64,000 bases of DNA, from contig CALWBZ010000031.1 in the NCBI GenBank assembly GCA_944376225.1, positions 2,166 through 66,165 of the forward strand. The letters are read 5' to 3'. A program made the translations under genes and the position numbers. Below, piece after piece: positions 18,985-29,413 of the stretch. The DNA comes from an uncultured Clostridia bacterium (GTDB taxonomy: Bacteria > Bacillota > Clostridia > Lachnospirales > Bianqueaceae). The notes beneath the pieces were generated by a model. That model worked only from the letters and a program-made list of their open reading frames with translations. It was not told the origin of the DNA and did not search any database. Numbering within the stretch: position 1 is the stretch's first letter; each line of letters opens with the position of its first letter.

Positions 18985-19478
18985 TCCTCATTCACCAGTT
19001 CATCCAGGACTTTCTGTTCTTCCGGCGCCAGGCGGTTCTGACTCGTTCCGTTCTCGATAATACGAGTATACAGACAGCTCGTTCCCTCTCTGCTGTAGAT
19101 ATTGTGCAAGAGATATCCGTTATTCTTCGTATCCAGTAATACCCAAATAAAAGACAGCTCTCCCCCGAGCCCTTCAAAGGCGTCGTATCGCACCATTTTC
19201 GTCTTATATAGGGCAGCGCCGATTCGTTTTTCCACACTTCTGGTAACGTAAGTGGATAACTGCTTGTATTCTTCTTCCATCTTCGAAACGGATTCGATAC
19301 ACTCCTGAATAATCCCTTCCAAAGAACCCGCCTTACGCCCCTTCGTGAGCGACTTATACTTCTTCATCAAGAATTGCTGCTTCTGCATAATAGAAGACAT
19401 CATCATAATGCCCACAATCAATAGGATCAGAATCAAAAGCATAAATATGGCGATATTGTCAAGAAAAAATTGATTCAT
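18981..19478 (-). CDS. DUF4446-like small membrane protein downstream of parB
   Basis: N-terminal TM helix then a soluble domain. ATG 19478 follows GAAGGGGGA. The DUF4446 assignment is from memory of the family usually found after parB in Firmicutes. Confidence 0.6.
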   Translation of the reverse strand: MNQFFLDNIAIFMLLILILLIVGIMMMSSIMQKQQFLMKKYKSLTKGRKAGSLEGIIQECIESVSKMEEEYKQLSTYVTRSVEKRIGAALYKTKMVRYDAFEGLGGELSFIWVLLDTKNNGYLLHNIYSREGTSCLYTRIIENGTSQNRLAPEEQKVLDELVNEE

Positions 19479-19495
19479 CTCTAGTCCCCCTTCAA

Positions 19496-20395
19496 TCAAC
19501 GCGCTTCCAAGAAATTAAGAATCCTCTCCAGCTCTTCGTCCGAATGGTATTCGATCTCTATCTTTCCCTTTTTTGATCCCTTTTTGATATTTACCTTCGT
19601 CCCCAAAAGTTCCTTCATTCGATCTTCTGCCATCCTCGTAGCTAAATCCTTCTGAGATTCTTTCTGACCTGATTTCTTCTTTTTTGTCGTCTTCTTTTCC
19701 GAAAGGATTTGTTCCAAATCCCTTACGCTGAGCTTTTCTCCCACGATCCTGACTGCCATACGACTCTGTTCGGCGGGATCTTCTATTCCCAGAAGCACCT
19801 TAGCATGTCCCATGCTGATCATGCCTTCGCTGATACTCTTCTGTACCGCCGGAGGAAGGTTTTGAAGGCGCAGAGAATTGGCGACGGCGGAACGGCTTTT
19901 CCCTAGTTTTTCCGCGACCTGTTCCTGCGTCATGGAAAATTCCGTGAGCAGCTTTTGATAGGCCATGCTTTCCTCCATAGGATTTAGATTCTGCCTCTGC
20001 AAGTTCTCGATCAGAGAGACCGCCATGGAATCCTGGGGGGTAAACTCTTTTACAATAATCGGAATCTCCGTTAGACCGGCCAACCGGGCCGCCCTCCATC
20101 GGCGCTCTCCCGCGATGATCTTATAATAATCCTTCTCCTTCTGTACCAAAAGAGGCTGCAATACTCCATATTGACGAATAGAATCGGAAAGTTCCTGTAG
20201 TTTTTCCGGATCAAAATTCTTTCTGGGCTGTTCCCGATCCGGCTCTACAGTATAGATATCCACAACCTGTACCTTCTCCTTATTCTCCTCAGAAGACCCT
20301 TCCTCCGGTTCCGGCGTATATTCCTCCTGAAGGTCCATTGCTTCATCGGAACTAAACAAAGCGTCTAAGCCCTTACCCAATCCTCTTTTTTTCAT
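19496..20395 (-). CDS. parB: chromosome partitioning protein ParB/Spo0J
   Basis: Starts MKKRGLGKGLDALF. CTP-binding motif IAGERRWRAA and an HTH. The upstream track extension overlaps parA and is rejected. Confidence 0.9.
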   Translation of the reverse strand: MKKRGLGKGLDALFSSDEAMDLQEEYTPEPEEGSSEENKEKVQVVDIYTVEPDREQPRKNFDPEKLQELSDSIRQYGVLQPLLVQKEKDYYKIIAGERRWRAARLAGLTEIPIIVKEFTPQDSMAVSLIENLQRQNLNPMEESMAYQKLLTEFSMTQEQVAEKLGKSRSAVANSLRLQNLPPAVQKSISEGMISMGHAKVLLGIEDPAEQSRMAVRIVGEKLSVRDLEQILSEKKTTKKKKSGQKESQKDLATRMAEDRMKELLGTKVNIKKGSKKGKIEIEYHSDEELERILNFLEAR

Positions 20396-20402
20396 CCTGT
20401 TT

Positions 20403-21170
20403 CTATCTCCTTTGCTGCATTCCGAGTATTTCGGCCGCCAGGCGCCGGTAGCTTTCCGCGCCCTTCGAGCTGCTATCATAATAAATGATCGGTTCTCCAT
20501 GACTAGGAGCCTCCCCTAAGCGCACATTGCGCGGAATCATCGTACTATAGGTCTTGTCCGGCAGATACTTACGGACCTCCTGCACAACCTCATTACAGAG
20601 ATTCGTGCGATTATCGTACATGGTAAAAACAATTCCTTCGATCTCGATCTGCGGATTCAGGCGGCGCTTTACCAGATTAATCGTATTCAAAAGCTGACTC
20701 AATCCCTCCAGCGCGTAAAACTCACATTGAATCGGAACCAATACAGAGTCGGCGCTGCAAAAAGCGTTTACCGTCAACATATTCAGAGAAGGAGGACAAT
20801 CGATCCAGATAAAATCATATTTCTCCCGAACCTGTTCGAGTTGTCGATGAAGTAGGAATTCCCTCTTTTCAATGCCGATTAACTCAACCTCCGCTCCGGA
20901 AAGATCGATATTAGAAGGAATCAGATCCACCTTGAACTCCGTATGAAGAATGCATTGACGAATGCTGTTTTCCTCTAAGAGCAAATCATAACTCGTATGT
21001 TCCTCCCGATCTTTGTCTATCCCAAAACCGCTCGTCGTATTCCCCTGAGGGTCAAAATCGATAACCAAGACCTTCTGTCCGCGTTCCGCCAGACAAGCCG
21101 CCAGATTAATTGTCGTTGTAGTTTTTCCTACACCGCCCTTTTGATTCGCAACCGCGATTACCTTACCCAT
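20403..21170 (-). CDS. parA: ParA/Soj chromosome partitioning ATPase
   Basis: Deviant Walker A KGGVGKTT starting at MGKVIAVANQ. RBS AAAGGAAG. Confidence 0.92.
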   Translation of the reverse strand: MGKVIAVANQKGGVGKTTTTINLAACLAERGQKVLVIDFDPQGNTTSGFGIDKDREEHTSYDLLLEENSIRQCILHTEFKVDLIPSNIDLSGAEVELIGIEKREFLLHRQLEQVREKYDFIWIDCPPSLNMLTVNAFCSADSVLVPIQCEFYALEGLSQLLNTINLVKRRLNPQIEIEGIVFTMYDNRTNLCNEVVQEVRKYLPDKTYSTMIPRNVRLGEAPSHGEPIIYYDSSSKGAESYRRLAAEILGMQQRR

Positions 21171-21183
21171 TTTATACTTCCTT

Positions 21184-22140
21184 TCAATGTTCCACGTGGA
21201 ACATCTCAATTTGTTTTCTTTCAGTGTTCCACGTGGAACATTCTCGATTGGTAATGACCTTCAATGCCTTCCTATGCAGTTGAAAATGAAGCGGCATTCC
21301 CGGCCCACATTCTCCATCCACATAACTGTTTTGCATTTCCTGTGGGATCTTAGAAGATGTAATATGAAATTCATCCCCGTGAATTCTCAGGATATATTTA
21401 GGATTTTGGGGAACCTTGTGAATCGACCTTAACAATAACCTTCGATTCACAAACTTCTTGCTGTTTCGGATTCCCACGAATTCCAGAGTATCCGACTGTG
21501 GGGAGTCCACCTGAAAAGATCGGTTTCGGATATTCGCCCCTTCTCCGTTCAACATGAGAAACATAACAAACTCATCTTCATAGACCTTCTCCCCGGTCTG
21601 AATCTTAAGCGGAAAAGACTCCAATTTAGGCAGCTGAGCGATACCCGTCATATAATAGGCAGCCTTTCCAAAGGTATTCTTCATATCCTGATTCGTAGCC
21701 TGAAAAATATTAACCATGTTGCCGAATCCACATCGGTTTAAGAAGTAGGTTCCGTTTACCTCCCCCACATTCATCGTTTCCATATTCATACGAAGGAGAA
21801 CATCAATGCACTGACCGTAATCTTCCGGCATTCCCAGATAATGAGCCACGTCGTTGGAGGTTCCCGCGGGAATCACTCCGAGAGGAACGCGGATTTCGCT
21901 CTTCATCAATGCCTGTAATACTTCATTGATCGTTCCGTCTCCTCCCGCCGTGATAATGAGTCCCAATTCTTCCATATTGGTTCTCTGGATACACGCGGCC
22001 ATATCTCCCACCACCTGACTGCGAAAGATGCGCACCGTACACCCCATATTTCCGAATACGTTAAGGAACCTTTCCAATTCAAAACGGAAAAACGTATCTC
22101 CTGCCTTCGGATTATATAGAAGCAGAATATCCTTTTCCAT
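21184..22140 (-). CDS. diacylglycerol/lipid kinase family protein (YegS/BmrU-like)
   Basis: NPKAG...GGDGTINEV motifs. The last ~20 codons are encoded by the two parS palindromes. Confidence 0.85.
   Translation of the reverse strand: MEKDILLLYNPKAGDTFFRFELERFLNVFGNMGCTVRIFRSQVVGDMAACIQRTNMEELGLIITAGGDGTINEVLQALMKSEIRVPLGVIPAGTSNDVAHYLGMPEDYGQCIDVLLRMNMETMNVGEVNGTYFLNRCGFGNMVNIFQATNQDMKNTFGKAAYYMTGIAQLPKLESFPLKIQTGEKVYEDEFVMFLMLNGEGANIRNRSFQVDSPQSDTLEFVGIRNSKKFVNRRLLLRSIHKVPQNPKYILRIHGDEFHITSSKIPQEMQNSYVDGECGPGMPLHFQLHRKALKVITNRECSTWNTERKQIEMFHVEH
21188..21203. promoter_or_regulatory. parS site (ParB nucleation site)
   Basis: Perfect 16-bp palindrome TGTTCCACGTGGAACA. It differs by one substitution from the Firmicutes-type consensus TGTTNCACGTGAAACA and lies just upstream of the parA start. 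Confidence 0.85.
21225..21240. promoter_or_regulatory. parS site (second tandem copy)
   Basis: Identical TGTTCCACGTGGAACA, 37 bp centre-to-centre from the first copy. Confidence 0.85.
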
Positions 22141-22144
22141 ACAA

Positions 22145-23848
22145 TCACATCTTTTCGGGAGCCTGCACGCCGATGAGTGAAAGTCCTTCCTTCAATACTG
22201 TGGCGACCATTTTGGTCATAGCCAGACGCGCGTACTTCATCTCTTCCTGCTCCGCGCTGAGTATGGGATTTTCATGATAAAACTTATTAAAGCTGGAAGC
22301 CAGAGCCACCGTAAAGCGTGTGATAATATAAGGCTCATATCGTTCGGCTGCCTCATGTACCTTCTTGGGAAACTCTTCGATGATCTTCAAGAGATCCTGA
22401 GCGTATACGTCCGTCAGATACTCTCCCTTCATGTCTTCCGGACGGAAGGTCTCATATTGGGCCTTTCTCAGGATACTGGAAGCCCTCGCGAAGGTATACT
22501 GTACATAAGGACCCGTTTCTCCGTCAAAGTTCAATACTTTATTCCAAGAGAAAGCGACGTCCTTGATGCGATTATTAAAGAGATCGTTAAAGACCACGGC
22601 GCCGACGCCCACCTGTTTCGCTACTTCATCCAGGTTTTCCAGGTCCGGATTCTTCTCCTTCATAATCTCTTTGGTCTTGGCGATGGCCTCATCCAAAAGA
22701 TCCTGTAAGAAGACAACCTGTCCCTCTCTGGTAGACATCTTACCGCTCTCCAGGCTGACTAACCCATAGGGTACGTGTACCAAATCCTTACTCCACTCGT
22801 ATCCCATCTTTTCCAACACCTTAAAGAATTGGGCAAAATGAAGCCCCTGATCGAAGGCGGTTACATAAACGCATTTATAAAAATCATATGTCTTCTTGCG
22901 ATAAATAGCGGCGGCCAAGTCCCTGGTGGTGTATAAAGAACTTCCGTCCTTCTTCAATACCAGACAGGGAGGCATATCCGCGTCCGCAAGATCCACAATC
23001 ATGGCTCCGTCGCTCTCCTGCAGAAGCTCCTTATCCTTTAGCTCCTCGATGACAGCATCCACCTTGTCCATATAGAAGCTTTCTCCCTTATAGGAGTCAA
23101 ACTGTACGTCCAGAAGCTCATAGACCTTAGAGACCTCCTTGAGGCTGATCTCTACAAACCAGCGCCAGACGGAAAGAATCTCCTGATCTCCATGTTCCAT
23201 CGCCGTAAAAGCCGCCCTGGCCTCGTCATCCAGTTCCGGATTCTCCTTCGCCTCTTTATGGAATCGAACATACAGATCCAACAGCCCCTGGATCCCCTGC
23301 TGCTCTACCATCTCTTTGTTGCCCCATTTACGGTAAGCTACCGCAAGCTTACCAAACTGGGTGCCCCAGTCGCCCAAATAATTGATGCGGACCGTATCGT
23401 ATCCCAAATACCGATATAGCTTATGAATCGCGTTACCAATAGCCGTCGTGCGTAAATGGCCGATATGAAAAGGCTTAGCGATGTTGATAGAAGAATAGTC
23501 GAGGACGATCGTTTTCCCCTTTCCTTCATCTGAAGATCCGAAAGGCTTCTTGGAAACGAAAGCCTCCCGCACGAGCTCCACGATCTTCTCCTTCTTCACA
23601 AACACATTGACATAGGGTCCCGCCGCCTCTACCTGTTCAAACAAATGATCCTCCTGAAGGCGGGAGGCTACATCCTGGGCAATCGCAGCCGGCGCCTTAC
23701 GAAATTCCTTAGCCAGGCGAAAACAAGGAAAGGCGTAATCTCCCATCTTCTTTTCCGGCGGAATCTCCAGCATCTCCCCTATCACGTCCGGCGTAAGCTC
23801 GGGAATCGCCTTTTGTATGCTCTGAATAACACATTCTTGAATCGTCAT
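22145..23848 (-). CDS. argS: arginine--tRNA ligase
   Basis: HIGH-type AKPFHIGHLR and a KMSKS-like GKMSTR. 567 aa with the class I ArgRS layout. Confidence 0.95.
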   Translation of the reverse strand: MTIQECVIQSIQKAIPELTPDVIGEMLEIPPEKKMGDYAFPCFRLAKEFRKAPAAIAQDVASRLQEDHLFEQVEAAGPYVNVFVKKEKIVELVREAFVSKKPFGSSDEGKGKTIVLDYSSINIAKPFHIGHLRTTAIGNAIHKLYRYLGYDTVRINYLGDWGTQFGKLAVAYRKWGNKEMVEQQGIQGLLDLYVRFHKEAKENPELDDEARAAFTAMEHGDQEILSVWRWFVEISLKEVSKVYELLDVQFDSYKGESFYMDKVDAVIEELKDKELLQESDGAMIVDLADADMPPCLVLKKDGSSLYTTRDLAAAIYRKKTYDFYKCVYVTAFDQGLHFAQFFKVLEKMGYEWSKDLVHVPYGLVSLESGKMSTREGQVVFLQDLLDEAIAKTKEIMKEKNPDLENLDEVAKQVGVGAVVFNDLFNNRIKDVAFSWNKVLNFDGETGPYVQYTFARASSILRKAQYETFRPEDMKGEYLTDVYAQDLLKIIEEFPKKVHEAAERYEPYIITRFTVALASSFNKFYHENPILSAEQEEMKYARLAMTKMVATVLKEGLSLIGVQAPEKM

Positions 23849-23934
23849 TTTATCTTCCTTTCTTCTTTATGCGATTAATTTTATTATACTGATTTCGCCG
23901 CCGTTTGTCTAGGCGCAGACGCAAATCTATAAAA

Positions 23935-24384
23935 CTATTTTTGGGCCGTCAGGTCCGCTCTCATACGGAAATGAGGAATGCCTGACGGCTCCTCCACCGC
24001 TTCCCCTTTCACGAAACCCAATCTCTCGTAAAAACCGACCGCGTAGCTTTGAGCGTCTAAAACCGCTTCCAAAGCGCCGTCTTGAAATGCTTTTTCCATC
24101 ATAATACGCATCAGGAAATCGCCCAGCTTCTGTCCTCTTTTGCTTTTTTTCACACAAACCCGTCCGATCGAGACCGTCTTCGGGCTGATCCAACGCATCC
24201 TCCCCGTTGCCACGGGAATCGTATCTTCATATACCACCAGATGGGCATACTCCCCATCGTCGCCCGTAATTTCCAGACTTTCATCGATCTCTTGTTCCTG
24301 AACGAAAACCTCCTGTCTAAGGGCATAGCAGTCCGACAAATCTTCATTCCCCTGCAGCCATTTTCCAAATACCATATCCTTCAC
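23935..24384 (-). CDS. GNAT family N-acetyltransferase
   Basis: 149 aa. Acetyl-CoA motif RGQKLGDFLM. Confidence 0.8.
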   Translation of the reverse strand: MKDMVFGKWLQGNEDLSDCYALRQEVFVQEQEIDESLEITGDDGEYAHLVVYEDTIPVATGRMRWISPKTVSIGRVCVKKSKRGQKLGDFLMRIMMEKAFQDGALEAVLDAQSYAVGFYERLGFVKGEAVEEPSGIPHFRMRADLTAQK

Positions 24385-24418
24385 CCCTTTTCGGCTTTAT
24401 TATAACAAATCTGCCCCT

Positions 24419-24453
24419 AAAAGACAAGAAAAGAGCTGCCGCTAGGCGACAGC
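24419..24453 (-). terminator. intrinsic terminator after the noc-like gene
   Basis: Minus strand GCTGTCGC-CTA-GCGGCAGC followed by TCTTTTCTTGTCTTTT. Confidence 0.5.
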
Positions 24454-24460
24454 CCCCTCT

Positions 24461-25285
24461 TCAACGAATCGGAATCCGAATCCTCATCTCATAATAATCC
24501 TCTCGTTTTTCCTCTTCCATATCCACAACCATACCGGAAGTCTTCATCATATCCACGGCCTTTTTCACCGTATTGGTAAACAGCCGAAGATCCTTAAAAT
24601 ATCCCCGCATGTTTGTTTTTCGTTCGTTCTTCTTTTTCGCCTGGGGCGCCTGAGCGCCTAAGCCTTCGATCCCCTCTTCCACCAGGCGCTCGCTCTGGGC
24701 CACATTCAGGCCGTCGCTGACGATTCGCCGCAAATACTGCCATCTTTCCGTTTCTGAGATTCGCAGAAGGAGCCTGGCGTGACGCTCCGTCAGGCGCTGA
24801 TCGATCAGGACCTGACGGATCTCCGGCGACAGTTTCAGGAGCCTCAGTTTATTCGCCACGGCAGACTGACTCTTGCCCACAATCTTCGCGATCTCTTCCT
24901 GTGTCAGTCCGTGATCTTCCATCAGATTGCGGTAACCGTCCGCCTCTTCGAAATAATTCAGATCCTGTCTCTGAATATTCTCTACCAAAGCAATCAAAGC
25001 GCTCTCCTGATCGTTCTGTTCAAAAACGATCGCCGGAATCGTGGTATATCCCGCCATCTTGGAAGCCCTCAACCTGCGTTCTCCCGCGATCAGCTCATAG
25101 TAAGACCCCATCCTCCTGACGCTGATGGGCTGCATCACGCCATGCTGTTTGATAGAATCCGCCAGTTCCTGCATGGCCAGGGCGTCGAATACGCGGCGGG
25201 GCTGATAAGGATTGGGCAGGACCTGATTGGCGTCGATCACGGCTACCTGCATCTTCCCATATGTCTTCTCGTCAAATTGCTTCAT
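24461..25285 (-). CDS. noc: ParB-family paralog in the Noc position (nucleoid occlusion-like)
   Basis: ParB N-domain with IAGERRLRAS and an HTH, located directly after rsmG as noc is in Bacillus. I do not see an obvious N-terminal amphipathic helix, so the Noc function is uncertain. Confidence 0.7.
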   Translation of the reverse strand: MKQFDEKTYGKMQVAVIDANQVLPNPYQPRRVFDALAMQELADSIKQHGVMQPISVRRMGSYYELIAGERRLRASKMAGYTTIPAIVFEQNDQESALIALVENIQRQDLNYFEEADGYRNLMEDHGLTQEEIAKIVGKSQSAVANKLRLLKLSPEIRQVLIDQRLTERHARLLLRISETERWQYLRRIVSDGLNVAQSERLVEEGIEGLGAQAPQAKKKNERKTNMRGYFKDLRLFTNTVKKAVDMMKTSGMVVDMEEEKREDYYEMRIRIPIR

Positions 25286-25347
25286 GTTTCTCCCTCCTAA
25301 TAATTGTGGTTCCCTTTCAGAGAACCTATGTAAGGGAGTTCTTTTTC

Positions 25348-26082
25348 CTACAAAGGAAATTTCTTAATCTTCGCCTGTTTTCTGGGATAAATTTTAGGTG
25401 TAGGCTTCACCTTGCGAATGCATCCAATCTGATGTTCCCAGCCCTCTTCTTCCAGGGATACTTTATACACGTTTTCCACCTCACATCCTAACAGGCGGAG
25501 GGCATTGGATGCATCTTCTAATTCCTGGAAGAGTCCCGGGCCCTTATAGGCCAGGAATATGCCCCCTTCTTTCAAAAGAGGAATACAATATTCCAACAAA
25601 ACCGGCAAGGAAGCCACCGCTCGGGATACCACCGCGTCCCATTTTCCCCGGTATTCTTCCTTCTGTCCTGCCTCTTCCGCCCTTTCATGCTCGATCCGAA
25701 CCGAGGCAAGACCCAATTCTTGGCAGACAGAATTTAGAAAAGTAAGGCGTTTTTGCAGCGCGTCCATCAGGATCACGGGACGGTCCGGATCCATGATCTT
25801 AAGAGCCAGTCCCGGAAAACTCGCTCCCGTTCCCACATCTCCCATTGTTCCGTTTGGAAGAAAATGGAGTCCGGCCACACTGTCTAAAAAATGCTTGCTC
25901 AATATATCTCCGGGATCCGTCAAAGCCGTCAGATTCATTCTTCCATTCCATTCCAGAAGCATCTCCATGTACCGGTAGAACATCTCTCCCTGTTCTCTTG
26001 AAATCTCGATCCGGCCTTTTTCTCCTTGGATCCTAAGTTCTCCGGCCTTCTTACGTAGTGAATCGATCCATTCTTCTCTCAT
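25348..26082 (-). CDS. rsmG: 16S rRNA (guanine527-N7)-methyltransferase
   Basis: SAM motif [15 protein letters not shown] and the conserved position after mnmG. Its start overlaps the mnmG stop. Confidence 0.9.
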   Translation of the reverse strand: MREEWIDSLRKKAGELRIQGEKGRIEISREQGEMFYRYMEMLLEWNGRMNLTALTDPGDILSKHFLDSVAGLHFLPNGTMGDVGTGASFPGLALKIMDPDRPVILMDALQKRLTFLNSVCQELGLASVRIEHERAEEAGQKEEYRGKWDAVVSRAVASLPVLLEYCIPLLKEGGIFLAYKGPGLFQELEDASNALRLLGCEVENVYKVSLEEEGWEHQIGCIRKVKPTPKIYPRKQAKIKKFPL

Positions 26083-27956
26083 GTTCTCTTCCTCTGCTTT
26101 AAGTATACCAATAGGACGCTAATATCCGCGGGAGACACTCCCGAAATTCGGGAAGCCTGTCCGACAGAACCCGGACGGAGTTTAGCTAATTTTTGCGCGG
26201 CCTCGATACGAAGCCCGTGAATCGAAGCATAATCCAGATCCTGTGGCAAAAGGCGGTGTTCCATCTTCTGAAACTTCTCGGCCTGCTCTATCTGCTTTTC
26301 GATATACCCTTCATATCGAATCTGAATCATGACCTGCTCAATCACCTGCGGATCCAAAACGGGCCGTCCCGGATCCACCGGCTCAAGATCTTCATAACGA
26401 ATTTCCGGCCTCTTCAGGATTTCCGCCATCGAGACTCCCATCTTAAGAGGAGCGGTACCTCGGGATACCAGGATCTCGTTGACTTCCCGGCTTCCCCCCA
26501 GCATGACCTTTCGGACTCTTTCGATCTCATTTTCAATCGCCTCTTTTTTCCTCAAAAAAGACTGATACCGTTTCTCCGAAATAAGCCCTAGACGATATCC
26601 TTTTTCCGTGAGACGAAGATCCGCGTTATCCTGGCGAAGCAGCAGGCGGTATTCTGCCCTGGACGTCATCATACGATAGGGTTCGTTCGTCCCTTTTGTC
26701 ACAAGATCGTCGATCAGAACCCCGATATAGGCCTCATCTCGTCGAAGAATAAAGGGATCCTTGCCCTGAATCCATAGAGCCGCGTTGATGCCCGCCATGA
26801 TCCCCTGAGCCGCCGCTTCCTCATAACCGGAACTGCCGTTAAACTGTCCCGCGGAATACAATCCCTCTATCTTCTTGATCCGAAGGCTCAGATCGAGCTC
26901 CTGGGGGTCTATACAGTCATATTCGATGGCATATCCGGTACGCATCACCTGGGCGTTTTCCATGCCGATGAGGGTTCTTAGCATATCCCGCTGCACGTCT
27001 TCCGGCAAAGAAGAGGACATCCCCTGTACGTAATACTCGTTGGTATGCTCTCCCTCCGGTTCCAGGAAGATTTGATGCCTTTTTTTATCCGCGAAGCGAA
27101 CCACTTTATCCTCAATCGAAGGGCAATACCTGGGCCCCGTTCCGTGAATCACCCCGGAGAACAGCGGGGAGCGGTGCAGATTGCGCCGTATGATCTCATG
27201 GGTCTCCTCGGTGGTATAGGTCAGATAACAGGAACGCTGGGGTCTTCCGATCCCTTCCGGACTATTCTCAAAGGAGAAGGGGACAAGGGCCTCGTCTCCC
27301 TTCTGTTCTTCCATCTTCGAAAAATCTATCGTGCGTCCGTCCACCCGGGCGGGCGTTCCGGTCTTGAATCGCCTCATGGACAACGAAAGAGCCTTCAGTT
27401 TCCCGCTCAACCTATCCGCGCCCGCCATGCCGTTGGGCCCCGAGTGCTGCCGGTACTCCCCGTGAATGCAGTCGGCGCTCAAATATGTGCCCGTACAAAG
27501 AATCGCCGCCTTACAGGGATAAAGAGCCCCCGACGCGGTAATCACGCCTTTTACTCTTCCTTCTTCCACCTGAAGATCCACGATCTCCGCCTGTCGAATC
27601 CTAAGGTTGGGCGTACCCTCAAGAACCTCTTTCATAGCCTCTTTATAGCGAAATTTATCCGCCTGCGCCCGCAGCGAATGGACCGCCGGCCCCTTCGCCG
27701 TATTTAACATCCGAGACTGAATGTAGGTCTTATCGATATTCTTCCCCATTTCCCCGCCGAGGGCGTCGATCTCTCTCACCAGATGTCCCTTTGAGGTGCC
27801 CCCAATGCTGGGATTGCAGGGCATCATGGCGATACTGTCCAAATTGATGGCAAAGAGAATCGTCTTCATTCCCATTCGAGCGGCCGAAAGGGCCGCTTCA
27901 CATCCGGCGTGCCCGCCTCCAATCACCGCCACATCCATTGCTTCTTCTTGATACAT
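26079..27956 (-). CDS. mnmG: tRNA uridine 5-carboxymethylaminomethyl modification enzyme MnmG (GidA)
   Basis: FAD motif [11 protein letters not shown]. 625 aa, GidA family throughout. Confidence 0.95.
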   Translation of the reverse strand: MYQEEAMDVAVIGGGHAGCEAALSAARMGMKTILFAINLDSIAMMPCNPSIGGTSKGHLVREIDALGGEMGKNIDKTYIQSRMLNTAKGPAVHSLRAQADKFRYKEAMKEVLEGTPNLRIRQAEIVDLQVEEGRVKGVITASGALYPCKAAILCTGTYLSADCIHGEYRQHSGPNGMAGADRLSGKLKALSLSMRRFKTGTPARVDGRTIDFSKMEEQKGDEALVPFSFENSPEGIGRPQRSCYLTYTTEETHEIIRRNLHRSPLFSGVIHGTGPRYCPSIEDKVVRFADKKRHQIFLEPEGEHTNEYYVQGMSSSLPEDVQRDMLRTLIGMENAQVMRTGYAIEYDCIDPQELDLSLRIKKIEGLYSAGQFNGSSGYEEAAAQGIMAGINAALWIQGKDPFILRRDEAYIGVLIDDLVTKGTNEPYRMMTSRAEYRLLLRQDNADLRLTEKGYRLGLISEKRYQSFLRKKEAIENEIERVRKVMLGGSREVNEILVSRGTAPLKMGVSMAEILKRPEIRYEDLEPVDPGRPVLDPQVIEQVMIQIRYEGYIEKQIEQAEKFQKMEHRLLPQDLDYASIHGLRIEAAQKLAKLRPGSVGQASRISGVSPADISVLLVYLKQRKRT

Positions 27957-27965
27957 GTCTTCACC

Positions 27966-29336
27966 TCACTTTCCTAAACAAAATCTGGAAAAAATCTCCT
28001 CCGTCAAATCTTCCCGGGTACTGTTGCCCGTCAGTTCCCCCAAAAGATCATAGGCATTTTGAAGATCCATGCTGATGATATCGCTTCCCAGATCATAGGA
28101 ACCTATCGCCCCTCGAATGGTGCCTATCGCCCCATATACCGCCTGTTTCTGCCGCGCGTTTCCTAGATACACGCCGTCCTTTGGCTGAATGCTCTCGCAG
28201 AAAACCATCTGACGTATCCTTTCCTTCAATTCTTCCATGCCCTCTCCCGTCACCGCGGAGATGCAAACCGTTTTTTCCGGATCTCCCCAAGCCTCCTCCG
28301 GCTTTCCCCGGTCCAGCTTCGTCCGGACAAGAAGATAAGGCGTATCTTCTATCTCCCGTAAAATCCGAAGATCCTCTTTTGTCTCTCCGGAAGTTCCCTC
28401 TAAGAGAAACAGGATAAGGTCGCTTTGTTTGGCCGCCCGAATCGCCCTCTCCACGCCCATCGCTTCCACAGGATCCTCGGATTCCCTGATCCCCGCCGTA
28501 TCGATTAGGCGAAGGGGGATCCCGTCCAGGTTCATCCCTTCTTCCAGGGTATCCCTGGTCGTACCGGGTATATCCGTGACGATGGCTCTCTCCTCTCCCA
28601 ATAGAGCGTTCAAAAGGGTGGATTTTCCCATATTGGGCCGCCCAACCAGGGCGACGCGGATCCCCTCGTTCAGCATCCTTCCCGTATCCGCCGTACGATA
28701 AAGATCTTCCAGTTCTTTCTGGAGCTTCCCCAGTTCCTCTTTGATATCGAGCTCCCTCGCCTCCTCAATCTCATACTCCGGATAATCGATCTCCACTTCC
28801 AAAAGCACGAGAATATCCATGATTCTCCTCCGATACTCCTGTATCTTAGAACCAAGACGGCCGTCTAAACGTCTGGAGGCCGCCTTTAAGGCAAGGCTTG
28901 TCTTCGCTCCGATCATATCCATGACGGATTCCGCCTGGGAAAGATCCATTTTGCCGTTAAGAAAAGCCCTTTTCGTAAACTCCCCAGGCTCCGCCAGGCG
29001 GGCGCCCCGGGATAAAACCGCCTGCAAAACTCTTCTTAACAGATAAACGCCTCCATGACACTGAAATTCCGCCACATCCTCTCCGGTAAACGTATGAGGC
29101 GCCTTCATGTACAAAAGGATCCCCTCATCCAGGATATCTCCCGTATCCGGATCCGTAATCTTCCCGTAGTACGCTTTATGGCTTATGAAGTCTTTTGCCT
29201 TTCGGTTTCCCACGGGAGAAAAGAGCAGACCGGCTATTTGCGCCGCCTTAGAGCCGGAAACGCGAACGATTCCGATGCCGCCCGTTCCTATGGGCGTTGA
29301 GATCGCGGCAATCGTATCCTCCCAACTCATCCTCAT
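27966..29336 (-). CDS. mnmE: tRNA modification GTPase MnmE (TrmE)
   Basis: G1 motif GRPNMGKSTLLN, DTAG, and the C-terminal CLGK motif. Confidence 0.95.
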   Translation of the reverse strand: MRMSWEDTIAAISTPIGTGGIGIVRVSGSKAAQIAGLLFSPVGNRKAKDFISHKAYYGKITDPDTGDILDEGILLYMKAPHTFTGEDVAEFQCHGGVYLLRRVLQAVLSRGARLAEPGEFTKRAFLNGKMDLSQAESVMDMIGAKTSLALKAASRRLDGRLGSKIQEYRRRIMDILVLLEVEIDYPEYEIEEARELDIKEELGKLQKELEDLYRTADTGRMLNEGIRVALVGRPNMGKSTLLNALLGEERAIVTDIPGTTRDTLEEGMNLDGIPLRLIDTAGIRESEDPVEAMGVERAIRAAKQSDLILFLLEGTSGETKEDLRILREIEDTPYLLVRTKLDRGKPEEAWGDPEKTVCISAVTGEGMEELKERIRQMVFCESIQPKDGVYLGNARQKQAVYGAIGTIRGAIGSYDLGSDIISMDLQNAYDLLGELTGNSTREDLTEEIFSRFCLGK

Positions 29337-29350
29337 CCCTCCTTGGATTC

Positions 29351-29386
29351 AAAACAGCCGGACAAATCCCACTCCGATTTGTCCGG
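29351..29386 (-). terminator. hairpin / weak terminator between jag and mnmE
   Basis: CCGGACAAATC-7 nt-GATTTGTCCGG followed on the minus strand by CTGTTTT. Confidence 0.4.
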
Positions 29387-29413
29387 CCTCTTCTTATGTA
29401 ACTTCCTACTCTT

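Noticed and set aside
23849-23934. Possible T-box riboswitch upstream of argS
   Set aside because: The intergenic region is only 86 nt. It is mostly occupied by a TAGACA-17-TATAAT promoter and the RBS, which leaves too little room for a T-box.
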